Positions 5,920 through 15,324 of a stretch of 30,682 nt of DNA are shown piece after piece. A program made the translations under genes and the position numbers. The stretch comes from Promethearchaeota archaeon (lineage in GTDB: Archaea > Asgardarchaeota > Lokiarchaeia > Sigyniarchaeales > SOKP01). The notes under the pieces were generated by a model. It made no database searches and had not been told where the DNA came from. It saw only the letters and a program-made list of their open reading frames with translations. The first letter of the stretch is position 1. Each line of letters opens with the position of its first letter. The stretch spans positions 1 to 30,682 of the forward strand of contig JAFGGO010000063.1 in NCBI GenBank assembly GCA_016930515.1, written 5' to 3'.

Positions 5920-8070
5920 TTAAGATATTTTACTGTTTTTGGTCATTGGAGCAATTATTCCAATTATGGGAATTGTAGGATTTTTTATTAGGAGTGGCAA
6001 TTGATTGCTTGTAATCAAAAACACTAGTGTGTCAGATGTTCGATTAGAAGTAATTGATTGAATGGAAGCACAAATTTTATGTATTAAATTCGTGTCGTAC
6101 CAAGAATCTAATATCTTAATGCGTTTTTTCCTATTACATAATTTCACGATGGTATCGAGTTTACACTTCAAAAACCCTTGGAGGTTGGTTTTGGACGCCT
6201 CGTAAAGGTTGTGAAGAAGGTTATTTTTAGAATCAAAAACCAATCCAGAACCCATGGACACGTCCAAAACACAACCATTTTCCCTTATTCCTGTTATTTT
6301 TTCGTTTAGTGATTTTTGTTCGAACTCAAGAAAATTTCCATAAGGATGCAACTCAAACATCTCCAAGACATTCTTGAGTTTTTTTTTGGGTAGGGGGCGT
6401 GATGATAATGAAAAAAAGCGTTTCAAACCATTTCGTTTGAATGAAATATATAATGAAGTTCTACCTCTTTTCTGTGATTGTAGATAGCTTGAAATTGTTT
6501 CCTTTTTATGTGTTCCTTTTTTAATTGGAAGTTCAAGGTTACAACCGCTCTTTTCAAGATGAATAAGCCATGAAATAATATTTGGTGCTATTTCAAAAGA
6601 GTGTTGATCCTTTAAGTTTAATTCTTGGACGATACAACCCAAATACTTGTTTAAAGCTGGAGATATTTCGCTCGAACGGACGATTCCTTTTGAATATTGT
6701 ACTATTGGTGCGATCCTATTTTTTGGTATCAGTTGGAGCAATTGATTTGTATCTAATTGCATTTGAGTGCAAATTATTTTGCTTAAATCTCTTTCCATCC
6801 TTACTAGAGACAACGCATCAATTGATAAGAGAAGAGTGCCATTAAATTGAATTAATTTTCCTTGATCTTGAATGATGTCATTATCGTGAACATCTTTATT
6901 TATTTTTCTAAGCTCTGCGTGGAATTTAACTCCAATATCTGAATCATTTGCTAAAATACTGATTATGTGAAAAGAACTTCTTGGATTGTGTATTATGAGT
7001 TTTTTTACCCAAACATCGCCGTTTTTTGCTAAAATTTTCAAAACTCCAAAAGGAATATCCTCCTCAAATCGGGCAAGTTTTTGAATATAGCGCTCGTAAG
7101 CGAGTTCGTATGCCTTAAATTCTTCTTTTTTAGAGATTTTTGATAAATTTAAAAGAGCTTGAGAAAAAATGTAAGGATCTTGATCTTTGACGAGAATTTC
7201 TAAGACTTCTTTTTTTATTTGCTTATTAGAAAAGTGGTGAATGACTTGCAATAGACCCCATTTACAATGCTTTTCCCCTTTTTTAGCTAAAATGGGGAAT
7301 ATTTCAGGATTACTTTTTTGGGAATAAGCCGCCATGGTTCGAAATTCTTCTGAATCAAGTATTTTATCAAATTCAAGGAAAGTTTTTATCGTACCGAACA
7401 ATAAATCGTAAATGTCCTTTCCTCCTTTATTATAATAAAGATCATTTAACAATTCTAATCGAGACATGAACCAATCTGGATTACCTGAGTTTGCAAGTTC
7501 ATATAACATCTTCTCAACTATTTCTTTAATTGCCTTAGGAGCAATTTTTGTCAAACAAGCCACGATTTGAGATTGCATGGTAGAATTGAAACCGAATGGA
7601 AGGTTTCTGGGGGTATAATCTGCTGAATAGTAAGATGTGATTAGCATCTTGCTGAGACCCACTTCAGCGATTCCTTCCACATAGGACTTGAGGGCTACAA
7701 AATGCTCCTCTGGAGGCAGGTTGAGAGTTTTTCCTTCTGATGTTTGTACGAATTCTTTTAATAAATCAAACCCACCATTCCGTAGATTCAATGCTTCTTG
7801 AGCAGAGACCGTTCTTATTGCCGTGTGAACGCAAGTAACCTCCACCTCCTCGTTTCCTTTTTTAAATACTATTCTATTATGTGATTTATTATTTACGACA
7901 TTAATGCGAGCTCCAATTTCAACATTAATTAAATCCTTAATTTTATCATTATCTAAAGTGAACCATGCCTCATAGCGATAGCCGTTTTGGAGAGGGATTT
8001 TATCAAGAATAGGGTCAAATTTAAAATATTTCATGTAATAATTGCATTTTTCGGTGTCCTGTATGGTCAT
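5920..8070 (-). CDS. Large hypothetical protein with central HEAT/LRV-like helical repeats
   Basis: 716 aa. Repeats such as IFPILAKK, VLEILVKDQD, VLKILAKNGDVWVK and IISILANDSDIGVK. N- and C-terminal domains unassigned. Confidence 0.8.
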   Translation of the reverse strand: MTIQDTEKCNYYMKYFKFDPILDKIPLQNGYRYEAWFTLDNDKIKDLINVEIGARINVVNNKSHNRIVFKKGNEEVEVTCVHTAIRTVSAQEALNLRNGGFDLLKEFVQTSEGKTLNLPPEEHFVALKSYVEGIAEVGLSKMLITSYYSADYTPRNLPFGFNSTMQSQIVACLTKIAPKAIKEIVEKMLYELANSGNPDWFMSRLELLNDLYYNKGGKDIYDLLFGTIKTFLEFDKILDSEEFRTMAAYSQKSNPEIFPILAKKGEKHCKWGLLQVIHHFSNKQIKKEVLEILVKDQDPYIFSQALLNLSKISKKEEFKAYELAYERYIQKLARFEEDIPFGVLKILAKNGDVWVKKLIIHNPRSSFHIISILANDSDIGVKFHAELRKINKDVHDNDIIQDQGKLIQFNGTLLLSIDALSLVRMERDLSKIICTQMQLDTNQLLQLIPKNRIAPIVQYSKGIVRSSEISPALNKYLGCIVQELNLKDQHSFEIAPNIISWLIHLEKSGCNLELPIKKGTHKKETISSYLQSQKRGRTSLYISFKRNGLKRFFSLSSRPLPKKKLKNVLEMFELHPYGNFLEFEQKSLNEKITGIRENGCVLDVSMGSGLVFDSKNNLLHNLYEASKTNLQGFLKCKLDTIVKLCNRKKRIKILDSWYDTNLIHKICASIQSITSNRTSDTLVFLITSNQLPLLIKNPTIPIIGIIAPMTKNSKIS

Positions 8071-8226
8071 ATTTTCTCCAAAATCTTTTTGAATAATATT
8101 AATCCCTCCCCATCCTATTTTGTTTTTGTTTTGTTTTTGTTGAAATTAATAATGAAAGGTAAGATTTAATACCTTACCTCCATACCATATTAACATAATA
8201 CTAATTAGATCAGAAGGTAAGAATAT

Positions 8227-9069
8227 ATGACTAGAATCGTACAAATTTGTCCCGTTGGGTTCGAATTTCATAGAATTTTAGAGGGCGTGAGAATACATCC
8301 CTCAAATGTGTTATATCTGCTGAGAAGCTTTAAAAAGGAGGTGAAAAAGGGCGATCCTGATGCTAAATTAATAGAAATTGCAAATAATTATGTGGAAAAA
8401 CTTTATGACCATTTTAAGCAATCAAACACGTTCACGGAGGTTCATGTGAGAGACACTAGAATTATAAGCTACACGGAAGCAATTCGCGAGTTATGCGAGA
8501 TCATTAAAAGAGAGTTAGATATGGGAGATGTAGAAACAATTTATATCAATACATCCACTTCCAATAAATTATTCGTGAGCGTTGCCATGTACGTAGGTTC
8601 TTTTTTTCCTGGTATCATCAAGTTATTTTATTTACGATCTTCTCGCTATACTATCAACCACATTCTTGACGAGGACATGGATAAAGAAGAAATAAAGAAA
8701 ATCTTTACTGAACTTGGAATGACATACAAAAAGGAGGGAGAGACATATCAAAACATCGACATTCCCGTTTATCCAATTCAAATTCTTTCTAATGAAAACC
8801 AAATAATTCTAAAAACGCTTAACGAGATGATCGACGAAGATAATGATTGGATCACCTTTATGAACCTTTTAGCTAGGATGGGGGAGAAAGAAAAGGATAA
8901 GACGATTAAAATGAAATACAGCCATCACATAAAAAAATTAAAGCAACAAATCCTCCTCGAGGAAAAGGTTCACGGAAGACAGAAATCCTATAAGCTAACC
9001 GAAGCTGGAAAGATATTGGGTTTGATTTATTCGTATTTTCACTTGGACAAACCACATGTTTCAAGATGA
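8227..9069 (+). CDS. CARF-like (DUF6293/Csa3-type) plus winged-HTH transcriptional regulator
   Basis: N-terminal IVQICPVGFEFHRI...VLYLL and IYINTSTSNK. C-terminal wHTH HIKKLKQQILLEEKVHGRQKSYKLTEAGK. Confidence 0.75.
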   Translation: MTRIVQICPVGFEFHRILEGVRIHPSNVLYLLRSFKKEVKKGDPDAKLIEIANNYVEKLYDHFKQSNTFTEVHVRDTRIISYTEAIRELCEIIKRELDMGDVETIYINTSTSNKLFVSVAMYVGSFFPGIIKLFYLRSSRYTINHILDEDMDKEEIKKIFTELGMTYKKEGETYQNIDIPVYPIQILSNENQIILKTLNEMIDEDNDWITFMNLLARMGEKEKDKTIKMKYSHHIKKLKQQILLEEKVHGRQKSYKLTEAGKILGLIYSYFHLDKPHVSR

Positions 9070-9081
9070 TCTCTCTTGGCT

Positions 9082-10296
9082 CTATTTAGGATTTATAGAG
9101 GTGATTTGATCGTTAAATTTTATCCTTTCGAGCTTGTTTATCACTCTCATGCCAGTCACGGCGTCTATAGTGTTCGGTAGCTTGAAAATCCTGTGAAGAT
9201 CAAAAGAACCATCTTTAGATCGGAAATTTTCGTTATCAGTGAGTGCAACTCCCTCATCGTCCTTGAGTTTTATTATTAAATTCTGAATTTGTTCAACATC
9301 CAATTCTTTTAAATTCTTCCCTTCCTCTATACAATACACGTGATAACCCTTAAATCCACTATGAATGACTCGAACGCTCCATCCCAAATCTACTAATTTT
9401 TCCGTTAGGATGTCTCTTTTTACAGCAGCTTCCTCTAAACACTTAAGACAAAATCCTTCCTTTCCTATCACATGAGGCTTGTGATCAGAATCTACATCAA
9501 ACGCCGCAATGATTCGAGGTTGTGGATATCCTCTGCCATAATAATCTCGTTGAGGGATCAGCATCGAAGCTAACGAATAATATATTCTTACGGGTAATTG
9601 TCCTTGCCTGAACAAATATAAAATTGATTGTTTTATTTTTGATGTTGGCGTGTGTTTAGCCGTTTTTGTTAACTTGCGTTTTATTCCATACCAGTTTCCA
9701 CTACCAAGAAGAACACGAACATGTCTACTTGGTATAAATGGTTCAAACCAATTGGGTAATTCAAAATCTTCTTCGTAATACTTTAAAACAGTTCCATTAT
9801 CTAAACGAACTTTATATACTTGTATCTTTGGAGGGATTTCCAAATTAGTCTCAAATCTGGGAGCACAAATAACACAAGTCTGTAATCCCAATCGTTTACG
9901 CTTATATTCGTAAAAGTCAATCCATTTTTGAGTGATGGTGGTCTGTTTGAGTTCGATCATCGTCCTTTCAGATTCAACATCAAGACCATCTATTTCTGTA
10001 GATTGGCCGTCTTGGAATTTCATTGGTACCGAATGATAAAATTCCAATCCTAATTCCTTCGATAAAACGGCCAACCCTCTCACTTCGTACCAATAATTTC
10101 GGGTGCGGAGTTTCTTGTTGTCTTGGAATATGACGGCAACGCCGTGTGGAATTTTAAATCTCGCAATTTCGTATGGTAAAGGATCGATTCTGATCCCGTC
10201 GAGATCGTTTATAATATATAATAACAAGGTGTCAAGTTCGTGTTCTTGAATATTTCTTGATATGGTATTTTTACCTTGTTGAATGATGAATTTCAT
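9082..10296 (-). CDS. Fusion of a PD-(D/E)XK nuclease-like domain and an archaeo-eukaryotic primase (PriS-type) domain
   Basis: TEIDG...MIELK nuclease motif. AEP motifs AFDVD, HSGFKGYHVY and DLHRIFKLPNT. H..H..CLKC Zn site after motif I. Confidence 0.8.
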   Translation of the reverse strand: MKFIIQQGKNTISRNIQEHELDTLLLYIINDLDGIRIDPLPYEIARFKIPHGVAVIFQDNKKLRTRNYWYEVRGLAVLSKELGLEFYHSVPMKFQDGQSTEIDGLDVESERTMIELKQTTITQKWIDFYEYKRKRLGLQTCVICAPRFETNLEIPPKIQVYKVRLDNGTVLKYYEEDFELPNWFEPFIPSRHVRVLLGSGNWYGIKRKLTKTAKHTPTSKIKQSILYLFRQGQLPVRIYYSLASMLIPQRDYYGRGYPQPRIIAAFDVDSDHKPHVIGKEGFCLKCLEEAAVKRDILTEKLVDLGWSVRVIHSGFKGYHVYCIEEGKNLKELDVEQIQNLIIKLKDDEGVALTDNENFRSKDGSFDLHRIFKLPNTIDAVTGMRVINKLERIKFNDQITSINPK

Positions 10297-10409
10297 GGGA
10301 ATAACGATTTAAAATCCTATATGGTAGATACGCCTCGATCTAATATAAAATTTTATTTCAAACTTCCAACTCTAGTTATATTTTAAGCTGCAACAAAAGA
10401 TAAACCACG

Positions 10410-12065
10410 TTAAAAAGGAATATTTTTTAGAACGGGATATTTCCTTCCAATTCCAAATGCGCTCTCGCTGATTTTGATAGATTGGACGAGCTGCCTTCGT
10501 TTATATTCCGATTTTAAATACAAATTCCTCACGCGATCTATGATCTTCTTATCAATTCCTTTAGTTTTTAAAGCCTCAAGTTCTGACCCAATCCCGTGCT
10601 TCATGATCTCCTCTAAAATTACATCAAGCAAGTCGTATGTCGGGAGCGAATCGCTATCTTTTTGGTTTTCGCGTAATTCTGCCGTGGGAGGTCTTTCAAT
10701 AATTCCTTGAGGGATTAGTTCTTCTTCTTTGTTAATATAGTCACAGATGGCATAAATTTGAGTTTTGAAGAGGTCTCCGGGAACATTTTTTCCACCATTA
10801 GTATCTCCATATAAAGTACAATATCCAACCCCAATTTCGGATTTATTGCCCGTTGATACGAGTAACCAATTAAATTTGTTTGAATAATACATCAAGATGG
10901 TTGCCCTGATTCTCGATTGAAGATTTTCGTCGGCAATATCAAAGGACATGTCTCCCAAGTTCTTTTTAAGGTCACTTTCGTATTTTAAGAACAAGTCGTC
11001 TATCGAATGGACTTTATAATCAATTTGTAGATTTTCACATAATTTCTTTGCGAGATCCAAGCTTTTTTTTGAAGTATATTTTGTTGGCATCATTATAGCG
11101 TGTACTTTATCTATTCCCAAGGCTTTAGTGCATATATATGCCGTGAATGCAGAATCAACGCCTCCACTTAATCCCAAAACAACACCTGTAAACGCATTGC
11201 TCTTTAAAAAATAATCTCTCAAGTTGAGTTCTAACGCTTTTAGAACTTCAACTCTCCAATCAAGATTCCTTGAAACCGATTTGTAGAACATATCAGGACT
11301 AATCGTTAAATCAAAAGTTGTGATATCCTCTTCAAACGCTTTACATTGATGAATGATCCTACCTTGATGATCTACTATAATACTTTGCCCGTCGTATACG
11401 ATTTCGTCCAAGCCTCCTATCATATTCACGTAAACGATGGGAACTGATAGTTCTTTTGCTTTCCTTGTAAGAAGGTTAGCTCTCAAGGTGGACTTGTTAA
11501 TGTGAAATGGTGAGGCATTGATGACAACGAGTAGTTGGGCTCCGTTTGAAACTAACTTTTGAGCAACCTTGTCATTGTAAGAATCGTCCCATATATCTTC
11601 ACAAACTAAAATTCCTGTCGTTATTCCTTTAATGTCCAAGGGTGTGTAATCGTTATCAAACGAAAAATACCTAAATTCGTCGAATACATCATATTCTGGA
11701 AGGAGTCGCTTGTTTATTATCGATTGTATCTTGTTATCTTGAATGATTAATGCTGAGTTATAAAATGGATGCAAGGTATTCTTTAAATGAGATGGTTCGG
11801 TAAAGGATCCTAGCACGATTGTTGCATTGGTCTTTACTGATTTAATAGTCTCAATCCATTCTTCGTTCCTTTGTCTTATAAGGGGGTCAAAGATGTGATC
11901 CATAATGGGATATCCAACTAAACACATTTCAGGAAAGACTATTAAATCTGCATTTGAATGTGTTCTGATAATTTCAATAATTTTTTTTGCGTTGTATGAA
12001 ACATCCCCTACAATAGGATTAATTTGTGCAATGACAATTTGTATCGATATAGATTTTTTTACCAA
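10410..12065 (-). CDS. nadE: Glutamine-dependent NAD+ synthetase
   Basis: Nitrilase-type glutaminase domain (FPEM, NKRLLP, VCEDIW) plus synthetase domain (GLSGGVDS, ENLQSRIR, TGNKSE, GYCTLYGD, PPTAEL). Confidence 0.97.
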   Translation of the reverse strand: MVKKSISIQIVIAQINPIVGDVSYNAKKIIEIIRTHSNADLIVFPEMCLVGYPIMDHIFDPLIRQRNEEWIETIKSVKTNATIVLGSFTEPSHLKNTLHPFYNSALIIQDNKIQSIINKRLLPEYDVFDEFRYFSFDNDYTPLDIKGITTGILVCEDIWDDSYNDKVAQKLVSNGAQLLVVINASPFHINKSTLRANLLTRKAKELSVPIVYVNMIGGLDEIVYDGQSIIVDHQGRIIHQCKAFEEDITTFDLTISPDMFYKSVSRNLDWRVEVLKALELNLRDYFLKSNAFTGVVLGLSGGVDSAFTAYICTKALGIDKVHAIMMPTKYTSKKSLDLAKKLCENLQIDYKVHSIDDLFLKYESDLKKNLGDMSFDIADENLQSRIRATILMYYSNKFNWLLVSTGNKSEIGVGYCTLYGDTNGGKNVPGDLFKTQIYAICDYINKEEELIPQGIIERPPTAELRENQKDSDSLPTYDLLDVILEEIMKHGIGSELEALKTKGIDKKIIDRVRNLYLKSEYKRRQLVQSIKISESAFGIGRKYPVLKNIPF

Positions 12066-12211
12066 TACTGATTCACTGATTTAATTTAACTGAGGTTATA
12101 ATTATAGTATTGTGACAATGGTTTATTTATTCCATTATGAAAAGATCACAATTTTATTCTATTCAAATCACTTAATTATGATACAATTCAATTTTAAACA
12201 AATAGCTAAGT

Positions 12212-12244
12212 TCATAATTTCTCATACTCTTTCATAATCATTAT
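12212..12244. promoter_or_regulatory. Putative operator (TCATA direct repeats, 10-bp period) in the nadE/amt divergent region
   Basis: TCATA at 12212, 12222 and 12232. A near-identical array lies upstream of the RHH gene at 14967-15000. Confidence 0.5.
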
Positions 12245-12396
12245 TAATTTTTATGAAAATGTAATTAATTAGCTTAAATTATGGTTTTGGTTAAGAATAC
12301 CTTCTCAATTACGTTTAAAAGAAGATTTGTGTTAGTTTAATTAGTTAATACAATTATAAACAAAACAAAAAAATATATAAAAAAGTTGGAATTAAA

Positions 12397-13596
12397 TTGG
12401 CAGCAGCAGATATATCTTTTATTATAATATGTACGGCACTCGTATTTATAATGACTCCAGGGTTGGCTTTTTTCTATGGAGGATTGCTAAGAAAGAAAAG
12501 CATGATAAATATGATGGCCATGTGCTTCGTGTCGATAGCGATTGTGAGCATAATCTGGTTCTTCTTGGCTTATAGTTTGGCGTTTTCTCCAGATGCAGGC
12601 GCTGGATTTATAGGTGGTTTGGATTATGTTGGTCTGGTAGGAGTAACTGGCATAAATGATACATACTCGGGTGATATGCCACACATGCTCTTTATGGTCT
12701 TTCAATTAATGTTTGCTATCATCACGGTGGCTATTATTGCGAGTCCATTTGCAGAACGCGCTAATTTTGCGGCATTTTGCATTTTCATATCCATTTGGGT
12801 AATCATAGTCTATTCTCCCATTGCTCACTGGGTCTGGGGAGACGGTGGATGGCTTAAAACACTCGGTGCTTTAGACTTTGCTGGGGGTACGGTCGTTCAT
12901 ATCAATGTCGGATTTGCAGCATTAGCAGTAGCTCTTGTAATCGGACCGAGGAAAGGATATAATAAAGAACCAATGGCTCCCTCCAATGTTCCATATGTTC
13001 TATTAGGAACGGGATTATTATGGATTGGATGGTTTGGATTTAACGGGGGAAGTGCTCTAGCAGCTAACGATACGGCGGTGTTAGCAATGTTTAACACGCA
13101 TCTTGCAGCTTCGGGTGCGGCAATCATGTGGATGATGATCGAATACTTCAAAACTTCTAAATTCAGTACCATAGGATTGGCATCAGGAGCGCTCGCGGGA
13201 TTGGTTGCAGTAACACCCGCAGCTGGATTTATAGAACCTTGGGCCGCATTGATAATAGGCGCCACTTCGAGCATTGTGTGCTTTATCGCACTCTCGATAA
13301 GGAGTAAATCGAAAGTAGACGAATCCTTGGATTGTATCTCCATTCACGGTACGGGAGGGATATGGGGGGCTATTTTAACTGGTATTTTCGCTACAGTAGG
13401 CTCTTCTGGATTGATTGCGGGAAATCCTGGCCAGATTTGGATTCAAACGGTTGGCGTGATGGTGACAATAGTATATTCCTTTGTCATAACACTGGTTCTT
13501 GCTTGGGTGATCAATAAAGTCATTGGATTCAGGGTACTTCCTGAGGTCGAATACATCGGTCTTGATGTGTCGCAACACGGAGAAATAATAGCATGA
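12397..13596 (+). CDS. amt: Ammonium transporter
   Basis: MTPGLAFFYGG, FQLMFA, HWVWG, DFAGGTVVH, GWFGFNGGS and HGTGG motifs. TTG start. Confidence 0.98.
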   Translation: MAAADISFIIICTALVFIMTPGLAFFYGGLLRKKSMINMMAMCFVSIAIVSIIWFFLAYSLAFSPDAGAGFIGGLDYVGLVGVTGINDTYSGDMPHMLFMVFQLMFAIITVAIIASPFAERANFAAFCIFISIWVIIVYSPIAHWVWGDGGWLKTLGALDFAGGTVVHINVGFAALAVALVIGPRKGYNKEPMAPSNVPYVLLGTGLLWIGWFGFNGGSALAANDTAVLAMFNTHLAASGAAIMWMMIEYFKTSKFSTIGLASGALAGLVAVTPAAGFIEPWAALIIGATSSIVCFIALSIRSKSKVDESLDCISIHGTGGIWGAILTGIFATVGSSGLIAGNPGQIWIQTVGVMVTIVYSFVITLVLAWVINKVIGFRVLPEVEYIGLDVSQHGEIIA

Positions 13597-13606
13597 GGTG
13601 AATTAT

Positions 13607-13948
13607 ATGAAAAAAATCGAATGTTTTATAAGACCAGAAAAATTAGAGCCCGTAAAAGAAGGATTGTTCGAGAAAGGCATTAAAGGCATTACCTTGCATA
13701 ATGTAAAAGGACACGGAAGCCAACGCGGAATCAAACTCGTCGGAAGGACAGGTGAATACTGTATTGAATGGATTGACAAATTGAAACTCGAAATTGTCGT
13801 GAGTGATAAAGTCAATGTGCAAGAAATCGTGGATATCATTGTCGAAAAAGCTCAAACTGGACAACCTGGTGACGGTAAAATATTCATCACGCCCGTAGAA
13901 GATGCCATCCGAATTAGGACTAAAGAATGTGGAGAAGATTGTCTTTAA
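13607..13948 (+). CDS. glnK: Nitrogen regulatory P-II protein
   Basis: MKKIECFIRPEKL, T-loop with a Tyr51 equivalent (GEYC), TGQPGDGKIF and RIRT. ATG at 13607 follows GAGGTGA; gene is coupled to amt. Confidence 0.97.
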   Translation: MKKIECFIRPEKLEPVKEGLFEKGIKGITLHNVKGHGSQRGIKLVGRTGEYCIEWIDKLKLEIVVSDKVNVQEIVDIIVEKAQTGQPGDGKIFITPVEDAIRIRTKECGEDCL

Positions 13949-14162
13949 TCCCAAATTATAATAGAAAACAATTCAAGTTTTTTTTTAATATTTCAATTTT
14001 ATAACCTGTGATATAATTAATTGACTTTTTTTGTACGATAATAGTTTTCAAGTAAGAATAATTAATGAAGGATTAGTTAACTTTAAATTTAATTTACAGA
14101 TTTACATAAATTAGTGTTTATTCTCAAAAAAAAACCAAAATAGAGTAAAATTCAAGAAAAAA

Positions 14163-14276
14163 TTAGTTCTTTTCTTTTAAATCTTCTTCAATTTTTGAAT
14201 AGACTATTACGCACTTTTGGGGTATTTCAAGGCCTTCTCTCTCTTCTTCTTCTAAATATTTTTCATTTAATTCCAT
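14163..14276 (-). CDS. Small acidic protein (37 aa)
   Basis: MELNEKYLEEEEREGLEIPQKCVIVYSKIEEDLKEKN*. Purine-rich RBS-like AAGGGG lies upstream; starts 25 nt after the RHH gene on the same strand. Confidence 0.55.
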   Translation of the reverse strand: MELNEKYLEEEEREGLEIPQKCVIVYSKIEEDLKEKN

Positions 14277-14301
14277 CTTTATAACCCCTTTGATGATAAG
14301 T

Positions 14302-14895
14302 TTATTTGTTTCTCACTACAAGCTTGATTTTAGAAAAACCTTCTTTTAATTCAAAATTAAATCCCATTCCATCCAGAACTTCTTCCAAGAATGTTTTAAT
14401 GAATTTTTTTTGAATATCTGATCCTAACAAGAGTGTGAATCTATTTGGTGCGTCCATCACTATGTTAAAGAAGTTACAAGCCTCTAACCTTCGTATCACA
14501 TTTTCCACGGATATTAGGTTCAGATCTTGGGTGAATTCTTCTGCGTGAGCTTTACCTATTGAGCGATTCATTTCCCAGAATGTATCACATTTAGGTGATT
14601 CTTCAACGAATTTCAAAAACGAAAGGTAATGATCAATATCTAAGATGATGTGTTCGCCGTGAGAAAGCAAATCCAAGTAAAAATTGATTCGTCGAGCAGT
14701 TCCATTCTTATTTCCTTCTAGTAATTTGTTGAATTTATGGTAAAATTTAATCGCTTTTCTTACAAGTTCCGATTGTGACTCCTTCGTTTCCTCTCTGATG
14801 TCTTGTAACAAGTTAAAAGTACCGTCGTCCATTGCAATCGTAACCCTATTGTTTATTTTACCTCCTCCATTGGTGTTTCTTTCCATTTTAATCAC
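14302..14895 (-). CDS. Ribbon-helix-helix (CopG-type) transcriptional regulator with C-terminal V4R-like domain
   Basis: RVTIAMDD...ESQSELVRKAIKFY RHH motif. C-terminal GEHIILDIDH and IGKAHAEEF. Confidence 0.85.
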   Translation of the reverse strand: MIKMERNTNGGGKINNRVTIAMDDGTFNLLQDIREETKESQSELVRKAIKFYHKFNKLLEGNKNGTARRINFYLDLLSHGEHIILDIDHYLSFLKFVEESPKCDTFWEMNRSIGKAHAEEFTQDLNLISVENVIRRLEACNFFNIVMDAPNRFTLLLGSDIQKKFIKTFLEEVLDGMGFNFELKEGFSKIKLVVRNK

Positions 14896-14966
14896 GGTTT
14901 TATCCCTCTTCTGATTTTTTCTTTCAGAAGTTCATATTAATTATTTTTTCGAAGTTGAAAAACAAA

Positions 14967-15043
14967 TCATAATTTTTCGTAAAAATCGCATAATCGTAAT
15001 AACTATTTCTTATAATTTCAAATAGTTTATTAATCTATTTAAA
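14967..15043 (-). promoter_or_regulatory. RHH gene promoter with operator-like repeat array
   Basis: Minus-strand TATA TTTAAATA at 15036-15043. TCATA/TCGTA/GCATA/TCGTA repeats at 14967, 14977, 14988 and 14994. Confidence 0.5.
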
Positions 15044-15324
15044 CATTACTGTAAATGATTAAGATTCCGACAGATCCATAATGCACTTGCAATATCCATC
15101 ATCTTTATTGCTATGCATTTGAACTCGAATTCTCCCTATCAAATCACAATTTTTCATTATCACTCTAACAGTTTTAAAAAATCTCAAATACACCTTTTAA
15201 AAAGGGTAATCCATAGTTTACAACGGTGGATCTAAGCTATAATAAGAATTGATGGTCGCATGATATGTTAAGAAATAAGGAATAAAGATAATTATTATAA
15301 AAACAAGTTGTTATTGATTTTATC

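Noticed and set aside
8117-8142. (T)nG low-complexity run
   Set aside because: Simple AT-rich tract in a divergent promoter region, with no further structure.
15059-15157. 32-aa minus-strand ORF MKNCDLIGRIRVQMHSNKDDGYCKCIMDLSES after a GAGTGA
   Set aside because: Short with no recognisable motif; cannot be distinguished from chance.
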